50,058 nucleotides of DNA, taken from assembly GCA_030525085.1 (NCBI GenBank), contig JAUNFK010000004.1, forward strand, positions 1-50,058. Reading direction: 5' to 3'. Below the pieces are notes generated by a model that saw only the letters and a list, made by a program, of their open reading frames with translations, did not search any database and was not told where the DNA came from. The position numbers and the translations under genes were made by a program. Below, piece after piece: positions 1 to 9,820 of the stretch (the stretch's first letter is position 1; every line of letters starts with the position of its first letter). Source of the stretch: a bacterium (GTDB lineage: Bacteria > Bacillota_I > Bacilli_A > RF39 > UBA660).

Positions 1-31
1 TACATTTTTTAAGACTTTTGATATACATTTT

Positions 32-2566
32 TTAAGATTTTCTAGATATTTCTTTTAGCTCATTTAGTTTTATTAATGCTTCAATTGGTGTTAGTTTAAG
101 TGGGTCAACATCTTTTAGATAATCTTTTAGTTCATTTTTATCTTCAGTTAAATTGAAAGCGATTTGCTCTGCATGTTCTATCTTAGGAGAAGTTTCATTA
201 TTTTCATATTTGCTTAAAATTAAATTAGCTTCATTAATTATCTCTTCTGGCATTCCAGCAAGTGCTGCTACGTGGACACCATAACTTTTGTCTGCTGGTC
301 CTTCTTTAATCTTATGTAAGAATACAAGTTTACCATCATCTTCTTCAGCACTAACATGAATGTTTCTAATGCTTGGAATGGTTTCTTCTAAGCTTGTTAG
401 TTCGTGATAGTGAGTACTAAATAATGTCTTACATTTAATATGTTTGGTTGCATACTTTAAAATTGCTGCAGCTAAGCTCATACCATCAAATGTTGCAGTT
501 CCTCTGCCAAGCTCGTCAAATAAGATAAGTGAGTCTTCTGTTGCATTGGTAATCGCATTATTAGCTTCTTTCATTTCAACCATAAATGTTGACTCACCAC
601 TAACTAAATCATCACTAGCTCCAATTCTTGTATAGATTGCATCAAATAAAGGAAGATTTGCGAAACTTGCTGGAACGTATGAACCAATTTGGGCAAGGAT
701 TATAATAATAGCAAGCTGACGCATATAAGTACTTTTACCGCTCATGTTAGGTCCAGTAATTAAAAGGGTTGTTGTATTTTCATCCATCGTGCAGCCATTT
801 TTAACATAATTTTTTTCATTAAGTGCATTTATTACTGGATGGAAACCATCTTTAATATCTATAATATGTTTACTATTAAATACTGGTCTTACAAATTTTT
901 GTTCTTCGCCAACAATACTAAGTGATGCTAGAGCGTCGATTATACCAATACCATTGGCTGTTTTTTGCATTTGTGGTACTTCTTTTTTTATTGCTTCTTT
1001 TACTTCCATAAATAGGTTGTATTCTAAATCAATTATTCTTTCTTCGGCGTTAAGTACTAGAGCTTCTTTTTCTTTTAGTAGTGGCGAGATATATCTTTCA
1101 CCAGTTGTTAGAGTTTGTTTTCTTACCCAGCCAAATTCATCTTTTACTTTACTAGCATTGCCTTTAGATACTTCGATATAGTAGCCAAATACTTTATTGT
1201 AACCAACTTTTAAATTAGATATACCAGACTGCTCTTTTAGTTCTTGTTCCATACCAGCGATAAATGATTTACCACCACTTCTTATTTCTTTTAGTTCATC
1301 TAGTTCTTTGTTATAGCCTTCTTTAATTAGATAACCATCTTTTAAAGTTATAGGTGGCTCTTCATAAAGAGATTCTTCTAGAAGATGGTAAAGATCTTCA
1401 TGGGTATTTATTTCTATATTTAAACCTATTTCACTTACAAGAGTTTTAACATATGGAAGATGTTCTAGGCTCTTCTTAATTTGAAGAGCATCTCTAGCGT
1501 TAAAGGTTCCACATATTGCTTTACCGCACAATCTTTCTAAATCATATATCTCATATAAATGTTTAACAAGCTCACTTCTTTTAATGAATTCACTATTTAG
1601 TTTATCTATTGCATCTAGTCTATCATTTATTCTTTTTTCATCTCTAAGAGGGTTCATTAGCCAGCTTTTTAGGGTTCTTGATCCCATTGATGTTTTACAT
1701 TTATCTATTAACCATATAAGACTATACTGTCTTTCTTTAAGTCTTAAGGTTTCAAATATTTCTAGGTTTCTTACTGAGTGAACGTCCATTCTAAGACGAG
1801 CATTGTTATCAATAATAATGACATTGCTCAAGTGAGTTATGTCTTTAAGTTCACGAACAATTAGATAATATAGTAAGTGATTTACGCCATTACGAACTCT
1901 TTCGTCTGTGATATTATCAGTTAGTTTAGTTTTTTCTTCATAAAATTTATCTGAAATACTTATGCTTAGGTTATAATTGTTTTTTAAAGTGTTTAGTAGT
2001 TCTAAGTCAAAAGTATTTGTTAGAATGATTTCTTTTAAGTTTAGATTTAGAATTCTACTTATAAGGGTGTTTTTGTCATGGGTAGTTAGCTCACTATAGA
2101 TGTTTCCCGTACTAATGTCAGCATATGTTATTAGGTATGCATAATCTAAGTCTAGAATGCTTCCAATGAAGTTGAAATCATAAGCTGATAGGAAGTCTAA
2201 GTCTACTAGGGTACCTTTTGATACTACATTTATAACTTCTCTTTTTACCATACCTTTGGTAAATCTAGGATCTTCTACTTGTTCACATACTGCTACTTTA
2301 TATCCTAGATTAACTGCTTTTTCTATATAACTTTTTGACGCATGATGAGGAACACCACACATTGGTACTCTTTCCTTTAATCCCGCGTTTTTACCTGTTA
2401 GAGTAAGCTCTAGAGCATGTGATGCTTCTAGGGCATCTTCAAAAAATAATTCATAAAAGTCACCGATTCGGTAGAAAAGTAATTCATCTTCATGATCTTT
2501 TTTAATGTCCATATATTGTTTCATCATTGGAGATAATTCGTTATAGTCTACGTCGTTTCTTTTCAT
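32..2566 (-). CDS. mutS: DNA mismatch repair protein MutS
   Basis: 844 aa; N-terminal SPMMKQY/FYRIGDFYELF, Walker A GPNMSGKS, STFMVEM, DELGRGT, SYGVHVA motifs. Confidence 0.98.
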   Translation of the reverse strand: MKRNDVDYNELSPMMKQYMDIKKDHEDELLFYRIGDFYELFFEDALEASHALELTLTGKNAGLKERVPMCGVPHHASKSYIEKAVNLGYKVAVCEQVEDPRFTKGMVKREVINVVSKGTLVDLDFLSAYDFNFIGSILDLDYAYLITYADISTGNIYSELTTHDKNTLISRILNLNLKEIILTNTFDLELLNTLKNNYNLSISISDKFYEEKTKLTDNITDERVRNGVNHLLYYLIVRELKDITHLSNVIIIDNNARLRMDVHSVRNLEIFETLRLKERQYSLIWLIDKCKTSMGSRTLKSWLMNPLRDEKRINDRLDAIDKLNSEFIKRSELVKHLYEIYDLERLCGKAICGTFNARDALQIKKSLEHLPYVKTLVSEIGLNIEINTHEDLYHLLEESLYEEPPITLKDGYLIKEGYNKELDELKEIRSGGKSFIAGMEQELKEQSGISNLKVGYNKVFGYYIEVSKGNASKVKDEFGWVRKQTLTTGERYISPLLKEKEALVLNAEERIIDLEYNLFMEVKEAIKKEVPQMQKTANGIGIIDALASLSIVGEEQKFVRPVFNSKHIIDIKDGFHPVINALNEKNYVKNGCTMDENTTTLLITGPNMSGKSTYMRQLAIIIILAQIGSYVPASFANLPLFDAIYTRIGASDDLVSGESTFMVEMKEANNAITNATEDSLILFDELGRGTATFDGMSLAAAILKYATKHIKCKTLFSTHYHELTSLEETIPSIRNIHVSAEEDDGKLVFLHKIKEGPADKSYGVHVAALAGMPEEIINEANLILSKYENNETSPKIEHAEQIAFNLTEDKNELKDYLKDVDPLKLTPIEALIKLNELKEISRKS

Positions 2567-2621
2567 ACAAAATCACCATTACATATTTTATCATAAATAA
2601 TGGTGATTTGCTTCATTTATT

Positions 2622-3815
2622 TTAGATATTTTCTATCTTTTCACTATGTTTTATTTCGTCCCATGCTATTTCTTTTTTAAAGAGAATAATGATGTTTAAG
2701 TATTGCCATGTTAAAAGGAATATTGGGAACATTAAAATGCCAGATAAGAATTCTTTGATGTTTTTCTTATTTTTAATACATACAAAAAGTGCGCATAAAG
2801 ATATTGATATATAGCTTATTATTAGGCTTGGAATAGTTATTTTTAAGAATAGTGGTAGTGGTACTATTAAAAGGTTTATGATAAGCGAAATTATGCTTGT
2901 GATGAGGATTATTGGTGTACTATAAATAAGCAAGCAGTCTAGGCTTTCAATTGTATGGTATTTTATTAAATGCTTAGCAAGCTTATTAATATAAAGCATG
3001 AAGCCTTCATAGATACCTTTAGTCCATCTTCTTCTTTGTAACATACTGACTTTAAAGTTAGATGGATGTTCTGCATAGCAAATGGCATTTTCAACATAAG
3101 TTATTTTAACATTATTTAAAGCACATAATGTCATAAATTCTAAATCTTCAGTTATTGTTTTAACATTAAACCCATATTTATCAATAATTTCTTTTTTGAT
3201 CATAATGCCGGTTCCGTTTATAGCACTTGATACACCTATGTTATTTCTTGGCTTACTAAATAAGATACTTTGAATGAAAAAGTATATTGCATATGATGAA
3301 GATACCCATGTGTTTTGTTTAGCTTTGATGTCCATATTTGATTTAGCAACTAGAGCGCCTTTATTTATACTTTTATTCATTTCACTTAGAAATTCATCGT
3401 TAACGATGTTATCAGCATCCATAATTATATAGGCATCTGTTTCTTTATTTTTTAATTTATCAAAGGCTTCTTTTAGAGCATCACCTTTGTTTTTTATTTT
3501 TCTTTCACATAAGAGGATGCTAGCACCACTTGATTTACTTACGCCTTCTGTGTTATCTAAAGTATTATTTATTACAACGATTACTTCATATTTGTCTTTA
3601 GGATATTTTTGTTTGTTGAAACTTTCAATAACGTCTTTGATGACATTTTCTTCATTTCTTGCGGGTATTAGGATTGTAAAGTGATTTTGGTTTTCACTTA
3701 GCACCTCGGTTTCTTTTTTCTTTTTAAATAAGAATAACGCGGTTACAACAAAGTATGTGCTATAGATTGTTAAACCTAACATAATAATTATATTAATTAT
3801 TTCCAATGTTTTCAT
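2622..3815 (-). CDS. Processive-type glycosyltransferase family 2, membrane-bound
   Basis: ILIPARNEE, DAD, TED and QRRRW motifs; N-terminal and C-terminal hydrophobic helices. Confidence 0.9.
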   Translation of the reverse strand: MKTLEIINIIIMLGLTIYSTYFVVTALFLFKKKKETEVLSENQNHFTILIPARNEENVIKDVIESFNKQKYPKDKYEVIVVINNTLDNTEGVSKSSGASILLCERKIKNKGDALKEAFDKLKNKETDAYIIMDADNIVNDEFLSEMNKSINKGALVAKSNMDIKAKQNTWVSSSYAIYFFIQSILFSKPRNNIGVSSAINGTGIMIKKEIIDKYGFNVKTITEDLEFMTLCALNNVKITYVENAICYAEHPSNFKVSMLQRRRWTKGIYEGFMLYINKLAKHLIKYHTIESLDCLLIYSTPIILITSIISLIINLLIVPLPLFLKITIPSLIISYISISLCALFVCIKNKKNIKEFLSGILMFPIFLLTWQYLNIIILFKKEIAWDEIKHSEKIENI

Positions 3816-3910
3816 TTTGTACCTCTAAGAAAAGTTTACCATATTTTTATATTGTGTCTATCTTTTTTTGGGTGCTTTTTGTTAATTTTAGGTTTCTTTA
3901 CAGAAAAAAA

Positions 3911-4999
3911 CTATATCGTTTTTGGTATAGTTTTTTGAACTGGTATTTTTTCAACATATAGAGGCTCTTTTCCAGCTGGATATTCTGATAGTTCCTTGAT
4001 GTTTGCTTTGATTAGTGCGATACCAGCAGGGCCTCCTAAGATATACTCTATATTTTCTTTAGTTAGAGCCTCTTCTAGTCCTAATCTGCTACATAGTTTA
4101 AGATATTCTTTTGAGGGAGCAAGTTCTAGGACGTCATCGTAAGGTGAGTCTGTATATATTCTTTCTAAAACAGTTTTTATTTCAGGTGGAACATTATTGT
4201 CTAATAGAATTACTGGGTGATTCTTTTTATCGATTACTCTATCTAAGTATTCTGCATTATGCATGTTGGTAATTATTTTGTGAGATAGCTTAAAGATTGT
4301 TTCACCACTATCAGTCATGTTTACTGGTTCTAGTTCACATACTTCCCCGTTTTCTAGAAAAGCTGGTACGCCTTCTACTGGGTTATAGGTAAATGTTAGG
4401 ATAATTTTTCTTGCTTTATTATAAGGCGTATTTTTAGGATTAATGATAGTTCTAGGAATATCAATGGCATCAGTTAGAGTTCTTTTTTCTAGTCTATTTA
4501 TACGCTGAGTATAGACGTCAATAAAGGATTCTAAGTCAGTAAGCGTTAGTCCGTTTTTTTGAAACTGCTCAATAACGAATCTATCTATTAAATATCCTTC
4601 TTCACAATCTTTATCTTCAGGTTTTACACTGTAAATCATAGGAGAATCATCTGTATAGATTTTGGGAATAAATCTTATAGCTTTTTTTAGGTTTTTAGGA
4701 AGATTCTCTTTAGGTCTTAGGACAAAGTAATCTTTTTTAGTGATAACATATTTATCTCCTTCTGGCTCAATTTCCGTTATCCAGTTTCTTGCTTCTTCTA
4801 AAATAGATTCGTCTTCGGTAAGTAGATAGATGCCTGTTCCTGGTTTTTCTTCTGCAAGATCATGGGGTCTAGATAATATATCTTGCATATCTGTTTTATA
4901 GTAATATGATCCAGCGTCATGAAGATTTATTATACGATATTTATCTCCTTTTATTTTTCTTAATACACTACTTAATGCATCTGGTTCAATTAGTTTCAT
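3911..4999 (-). CDS. Hypothetical protein (362 aa, soluble)
   Basis: Long ORF in AT-rich DNA, GGAGG-type SD upstream, overlaps the end of the ylbL-like gene; no motif recognised. Confidence 0.75.
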   Translation of the reverse strand: MKLIEPDALSSVLRKIKGDKYRIINLHDAGSYYYKTDMQDILSRPHDLAEEKPGTGIYLLTEDESILEEARNWITEIEPEGDKYVITKKDYFVLRPKENLPKNLKKAIRFIPKIYTDDSPMIYSVKPEDKDCEEGYLIDRFVIEQFQKNGLTLTDLESFIDVYTQRINRLEKRTLTDAIDIPRTIINPKNTPYNKARKIILTFTYNPVEGVPAFLENGEVCELEPVNMTDSGETIFKLSHKIITNMHNAEYLDRVIDKKNHPVILLDNNVPPEIKTVLERIYTDSPYDDVLELAPSKEYLKLCSRLGLEEALTKENIEYILGGPAGIALIKANIKELSEYPAGKEPLYVEKIPVQKTIPKTI

Positions 5000-6014
5000 A
5001 TTTTTCCCCCTCCTCTTTTAGGGTATTTAGTGCTTCTTCAAAAGTACTGACACCTTTAATGGTTATTTTATATTTTTTTTCTTTAGCATAGGTTAATGCT
5101 TCTTCTAGGTTATCTGCTGGGCAAAGGAAGATGTCTGCTTTAGCTTTGACGGCTGAGGCTAGTTTATAGGTAACACTACCTATTTTACCAACGTTACCTT
5201 CTTCATCTATTGTTCCAGTACCTACTATTTTCATACCATATGTTATGTCTTCTTTGGTTAGAGCATCATAGATGCTTAAAGCCATTATTAGGCCGCCGCT
5301 TGGGCCTGATTCACTATCTTTAGTTTTGATATCTATATTAGTATCTGATATTATGTCTTTTTCAGAGATGATGACTAGGCCAGCGTATAAGCTATTTTCT
5401 TCTTTATAAAGTGTTAGCTCGGTTGTACGTTCTTTGTCTTCTCTTTTATAGGTTATTTTTATTTTATCATTTTCGTTTTTGGTACTTATGTAATTTTTAA
5501 AATCATCGGTACTTGTTATTTTGATGTCATCATATGATACTAGTTCATCACCTACTTTTAAATCGCTTTTACTTTCTTCAGTTATGTAATTTACATAGAA
5601 GTGAGTTTCACTTATGGTGAATGGTGTGTTTGAGTATTTATATGCGACAATTTTGGCATTTTTTGATGCACTTAGATAGTCTAGATGGTCTCTAGTGTTA
5701 GCGTCTTCAATTGTTTCATTTGTTTCTTTTAAGCTTGTATTTTTAACTAATTCCCATGATGGATTTATTTTACCGATAAGATAAAATGGCAATTTACCTT
5801 TCATGTAACCAACATATGCCATATTAAATGATCCTTCACTTTTGTATTCAGATGTGATTCTTTTATCCATGTTGATTACACCACCTGGTTTATAAATACT
5901 ATAACCTGTATCTATATTAAAAAAAGTTATTATTAGGATTACACTTATTAGAAATCGATAATTTTCTTTGATATAATTTTTAATTTTTGCATAAATTTTA
6001 TTAGCCATAATCAT
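4986..6014 (-). CDS. PDZ-domain Lon-like (S16) serine protease, YlbL/SepM family
   Basis: N-terminal TM, PDZ-like LKVGDELVSYD, catalytic SGPSGGL, GTGTIDEEGNVGKIG and downstream Lys; divergent from ylbJ-like gene. Confidence 0.9.
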   Translation of the reverse strand: MIMANKIYAKIKNYIKENYRFLISVILIITFFNIDTGYSIYKPGGVINMDKRITSEYKSEGSFNMAYVGYMKGKLPFYLIGKINPSWELVKNTSLKETNETIEDANTRDHLDYLSASKNAKIVAYKYSNTPFTISETHFYVNYITEESKSDLKVGDELVSYDDIKITSTDDFKNYISTKNENDKIKITYKREDKERTTELTLYKEENSLYAGLVIISEKDIISDTNIDIKTKDSESGPSGGLIMALSIYDALTKEDITYGMKIVGTGTIDEEGNVGKIGSVTYKLASAVKAKADIFLCPADNLEEALTYAKEKKYKITIKGVSTFEEALNTLKEEGEKYETN

Positions 6015-6052
6015 TCCTCTTTATTAAATTATAGCAGACTATAGGTGAATTT

Positions 6053-6919
6053 ATGAAGAATATTTTAAAAAATACATTATTTTTACTATTACTTTTTTTA
6101 TGTTTAGTTAGAAGGCCAGATTTGATTGATGGGGTTATATCAGGAATTAACTTATGGCAAAAGTGTTTATTTCCTTCAATCTTCCCTCTTTTAATATTAA
6201 GCGATTTTGCATTATCTACGGGAGTTATTGAATTACTTAGTAATAGTATAGGTATATTTTTTAAGAAGATATTTAATGTTCCTAAAGAAGCTATTTATGT
6301 TATATTTATGTCTTTTTTTACGGGATGCCCGAGTAATGCTAAATATATTAAGGATTTACTTGATAATGAGATAATTGATGAAGCTGGAGCTATTAAGATA
6401 CTTTCAATGGCTCAGCTTTATAATCCAAATTTAATTTTTACGATAACGCCTTTTTTAAATTTGGAGTGCAAATTATTTATAATTATAGGTAATTTATGTA
6501 TTAACTTAATTATCGGATTATTTAACAGAAAGTTTCCAGTAGTTTATAGTGATAAGAAAAAAAGGAAAATAAGTTTTTCACTTACTAATAGCATGAGTAA
6601 TGCCGTTTATACTTTACTTGGAATATTAGGCTCTATTGTTACTTTTAGTGCAATAGCTGCTATTTTAAAGATTAACCATCCACTTTTTATTGGCATTTTA
6701 GAAATTACTAATGGAATAAATAAAATTAGTGATTCAGTGGCTGCTTCTTTATTTATGATAGCAATATTACTTAGTTTTGGTGGACTCTCTATTTTGTATC
6801 AAATAAAGGGCATATTAAAAGAGTATAAGCTTGATTATACCCTTTATTATAAGTCACGTATTATTCATTTAGTTTTATTTTTAATTTTTACGTTAATTTT
6901 TGTTAGATACTTTTTATGA
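6053..6919 (+). CDS. ylbJ: Sporulation integral membrane protein YlbJ-like
   Basis: GINLW..CLFPSIFP, GCPSNAK, GILEITNG and FGGLSILYQ motifs; multi-TM; neighbour of ylbL-like gene. Confidence 0.8.
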   Translation: MKNILKNTLFLLLLFLCLVRRPDLIDGVISGINLWQKCLFPSIFPLLILSDFALSTGVIELLSNSIGIFFKKIFNVPKEAIYVIFMSFFTGCPSNAKYIKDLLDNEIIDEAGAIKILSMAQLYNPNLIFTITPFLNLECKLFIIIGNLCINLIIGLFNRKFPVVYSDKKKRKISFSLTNSMSNAVYTLLGILGSIVTFSAIAAILKINHPLFIGILEITNGINKISDSVAASLFMIAILLSFGGLSILYQIKGILKEYKLDYTLYYKSRIIHLVLFLIFTLIFVRYFL

Positions 6920-8051
6920 TTTTTTTAGTTGCTTCAGCTTTAGATTCGATTACTACTCTTTCACAGACAAATAGCATCATAATTAAACATAGATAGTATG
7001 AGCCACCGTATGATAAGAATGGCACTGGAACTCCAGTAAGTGGGATAAGTGCAAGAATACCCATGAAGTTAACTAGTAGATGCAGTAAAATGTATGCAAA
7101 TGTTCCTAGAGCAATGATATAACCTTTAACTGTTCCTGCTTTACGAGCTATTTGAAGTAGTCTTATTAGAAGTACTAAGTATAGCAATATGATTATCGCA
7201 CCAGTGACAGCGCCTAATTCTTCACATACTATTGGGAAAATAAAGTCTGTATGTGCTTCTGGTAAGTATAAGTATTTTTGGGTTGAGTTACCTAGACCAA
7301 CACCAAATAGCCCACCATTTGAGATGGCGATCATTCCATTACATACTTGGTAACCTGTCTTTTCCGTATATCTGGTGCATGGTGCTGAGAATGTAAGACG
7401 GCTTGTTTGTTCTCCATTTAGGGAATATGTAAAAATTAAAATGAGTCCAATGACTGCTGCTATTGCACAACCAATTTTTATTTTTTTCATTTGTTTAGTA
7501 TTTATTGGTAGGTACATAAAGACGATGCCTGCAATGCCAGCAATGATAAGTGCTGTTCCTAAGTCAGGCTGCAAAGCAGTTAAAATGAAACATGCACCAA
7601 TTAAGATAAATGGAATAAAGATTAAAAATATATTGTAGTTTTTCTTTTTTAGGAGTTTATCAAAATATACGCCTAAGTAAACTATCATAACAGGTTTTAG
7701 AAACTCTGATGGCTGAATGCTGGCAAAACCAAGGTCAAACCAACTCTTTGAACCGTTTGTAATGGTACCATATGAGAATACTAAGATAAGTGAGATTAGG
7801 ATTGCTATCATGCCTGCGGGAGCAAGAAGTTCGTAACTTTTGGTTTTTAGTTTTAAAACTATACTAAATCCAATAATCCACGATGCTATAACAACAATTA
7901 ATTGTTTTCTGAAATAGTAAGATTCTGAAGCACCATTATAAAGTACGGCAGTAATTGATGAGGCACTAAAAATCATTACTAGGCCAAATATGGTAAACAC
8001 TAGCATTAGTAATAATAATAATTTATCCATTTTTTTAAATGTGCTTCTCAT
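6903..8051 (-). CDS. SEDS family peptidoglycan polymerase (FtsW/RodA/SpoVE)
   Basis: GSKSWFDLGFASIQPSEF, LQPDLGT, YLPEAHTDFIF, PFLSYGGS; start moved to ATG 8051 behind AGGTGA SD. Confidence 0.95.
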   Translation of the reverse strand: MRSTFKKMDKLLLLLMLVFTIFGLVMIFSASSITAVLYNGASESYYFRKQLIVVIASWIIGFSIVLKLKTKSYELLAPAGMIAILISLILVFSYGTITNGSKSWFDLGFASIQPSEFLKPVMIVYLGVYFDKLLKKKNYNIFLIFIPFILIGACFILTALQPDLGTALIIAGIAGIVFMYLPINTKQMKKIKIGCAIAAVIGLILIFTYSLNGEQTSRLTFSAPCTRYTEKTGYQVCNGMIAISNGGLFGVGLGNSTQKYLYLPEAHTDFIFPIVCEELGAVTGAIIILLYLVLLIRLLQIARKAGTVKGYIIALGTFAYILLHLLVNFMGILALIPLTGVPVPFLSYGGSYYLCLIMMLFVCERVVIESKAEATKKIIKSI

Positions 8052-8114
8052 TACTTTCACCTACTATAAAGTATAGCATGAAAAAAACATATACGCAAAA
8101 TATATGTTTTAATT

Positions 8115-8810
8115 TTACATACCAATTAACTCAATAATAAGTGGTGATAGGATTATAAGAAGAATTATTGGAATAAATAATAATACGCTTACAATGCTTA
8201 TCTTGATTGGCATTTTATTTATTTGTTCTCTAACGCTTAGAATTAGTTTATTATTTAGATAATCAATTTGCGTATTTAAACTTTTAATCATATCGCTTCC
8301 ATAGACGCTAGACTCAGTAAGATTTAAGATAATATTACTAATGACCTCACTTGGGATTCTTTTTTCTAAGTCAAGTAAGCTTTCATTCATCGTACTACCC
8401 ATTTTAATGTCGCTTAAGGCTTTTTTAAATTCGTCTGATAATTCATTAGAAACGCTTGATGTTGTCAGTTCGATTGCACCTTTTAAATTGTTACCTGATT
8501 CTAAGGTTAAGCTTAATATTTGAAAGAAAAATAATGCTTGTTTATTTAATAATGCTTTTCTTTTAGCTAGTCTTAAATCATAGTATAGATATTCAAAGAT
8601 GAGTGCTGATGCTACTGGAAGAACTATTATAAGATAGAATCTGTGATAACAAAGGATGATGCTTATTACTAATGTTGTTATGATAACTAGTAGATAAAGT
8701 GATAGGTCATCTAAATATGTTGTTTTGTTTTTGATACCTAGGAGAGTATTTTTCTTTTTGAATCTTTCAATTGTTTTATGACTGAAAAGTCTTTTTACCA
8801 TGTTTTTCAT
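8115..8810 (-). CDS. tadC: Tad pilus inner-membrane platform protein TadC (T2SS F domain)
   Basis: LESGNNL...ELSDEF...IKMG...ESSVYG pattern with C-terminal TM; follows tadB-like gene. Confidence 0.8.
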   Translation of the reverse strand: MKNMVKRLFSHKTIERFKKKNTLLGIKNKTTYLDDLSLYLLVIITTLVISIILCYHRFYLIIVLPVASALIFEYLYYDLRLAKRKALLNKQALFFFQILSLTLESGNNLKGAIELTTSSVSNELSDEFKKALSDIKMGSTMNESLLDLEKRIPSEVISNIILNLTESSVYGSDMIKSLNTQIDYLNNKLILSVREQINKMPIKISIVSVLLFIPIILLIILSPLIIELIGM

Positions 8811-9805
8811 ACTTCCACCTTAAGAATCTTTCTAATTATTATAATATATATTGTATATAGGATAAGTGCTAGAATAATTGCACAAATACCTAAAACATTA
8901 CTAAATAGTGGATTAAAGTATTCTCTATTTAACATTAAAATAATAAATATTAATACAAAAGGCATAAATGTTAGAACTCTATAGACAAGAAGGCTTGATG
9001 CAGTCATTGCTTTTAATTCATCTTTAAGTTTTTTCTTGTTTGTTAAAGCTTCTTCGATATTTGAGAAGATGTAAGTGATGTTACCACCAGTTACATTTAA
9101 AATGCTTAGACTACTTGTAATATACTGAGCGTCATCTAATTTTACTCTTTTGTAGAATCTATTAAAGGCTTCTGATGTGTCTATTCCACTTGATAAGTCT
9201 TTTTTTATTAAGATAAATTCATCTCTTACTGGGCCTTGAAGATCAGTTGTAACTACATCTAAGGCATTTGAAATATTTAGCCCTGATTTAAAGGCATTAT
9301 TCATTATGATTATGGCTTTTAGTAAATCGCCTTCAATGTTTTTAATTCTAATTTGATTGGATATTTCTAGATAGATGTCTGTTAAGAAATAACCTAAAAT
9401 CAGAAAGATTAATCCTAGAGGAAACTCAAAATTGTGATTAAGAATAGATGTTACTGTATATATTAAGAAGATAAGAATGCTCACTAGGATTTTGATACTG
9501 TAAATGTCGTATTTGTAATTTTCATTTTTCTTTAAAGCACCATATTTTTCATATTTTTGGGCTTGCTTATTGATGTACGCACTTTTTGATAAAATATTAC
9601 TTAGTTTGTTTATAATTTTATTGATGTTACCAATTAAATCGTCGCCAATTGTTGGTTCGTTTTTTGCAGGCGTTTTAAGTGTGAATCTATCAATTCTATT
9701 TGCTATTTTTATGGTTTTTCTTATTTTTAAAAATTCATATATTACAATTACTAGTAGTAAAGTAATTACGCTTATAAAAACCGCTAATTCTAATACTTTA
9801 TTCAT
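8807..9805 (-). CDS. tadB: Tad pilus inner-membrane platform protein TadB (T2SS F domain)
   Basis: AFKSGLNI, GPVRDEF, TGGNI, ELKAMTAS, YFNPLF motifs; directly after tadA. Confidence 0.82.
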   Translation of the reverse strand: MNKVLELAVFISVITLLLVIVIYEFLKIRKTIKIANRIDRFTLKTPAKNEPTIGDDLIGNINKIINKLSNILSKSAYINKQAQKYEKYGALKKNENYKYDIYSIKILVSILIFLIYTVTSILNHNFEFPLGLIFLILGYFLTDIYLEISNQIRIKNIEGDLLKAIIIMNNAFKSGLNISNALDVVTTDLQGPVRDEFILIKKDLSSGIDTSEAFNRFYKRVKLDDAQYITSSLSILNVTGGNITYIFSNIEEALTNKKKLKDELKAMTASSLLVYRVLTFMPFVLIFIILMLNREYFNPLFSNVLGICAIILALILYTIYIIIIRKILKVEV

Positions 9806-9820
9806 GGTGCGTACTCCTTT

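Noticed and set aside
3771-3800. dif-like TATAA...TTATGTTA sequence on the minus strand
   Set aside because: The spacer is 3 bp rather than 6, and it lies inside the GT2 coding region.
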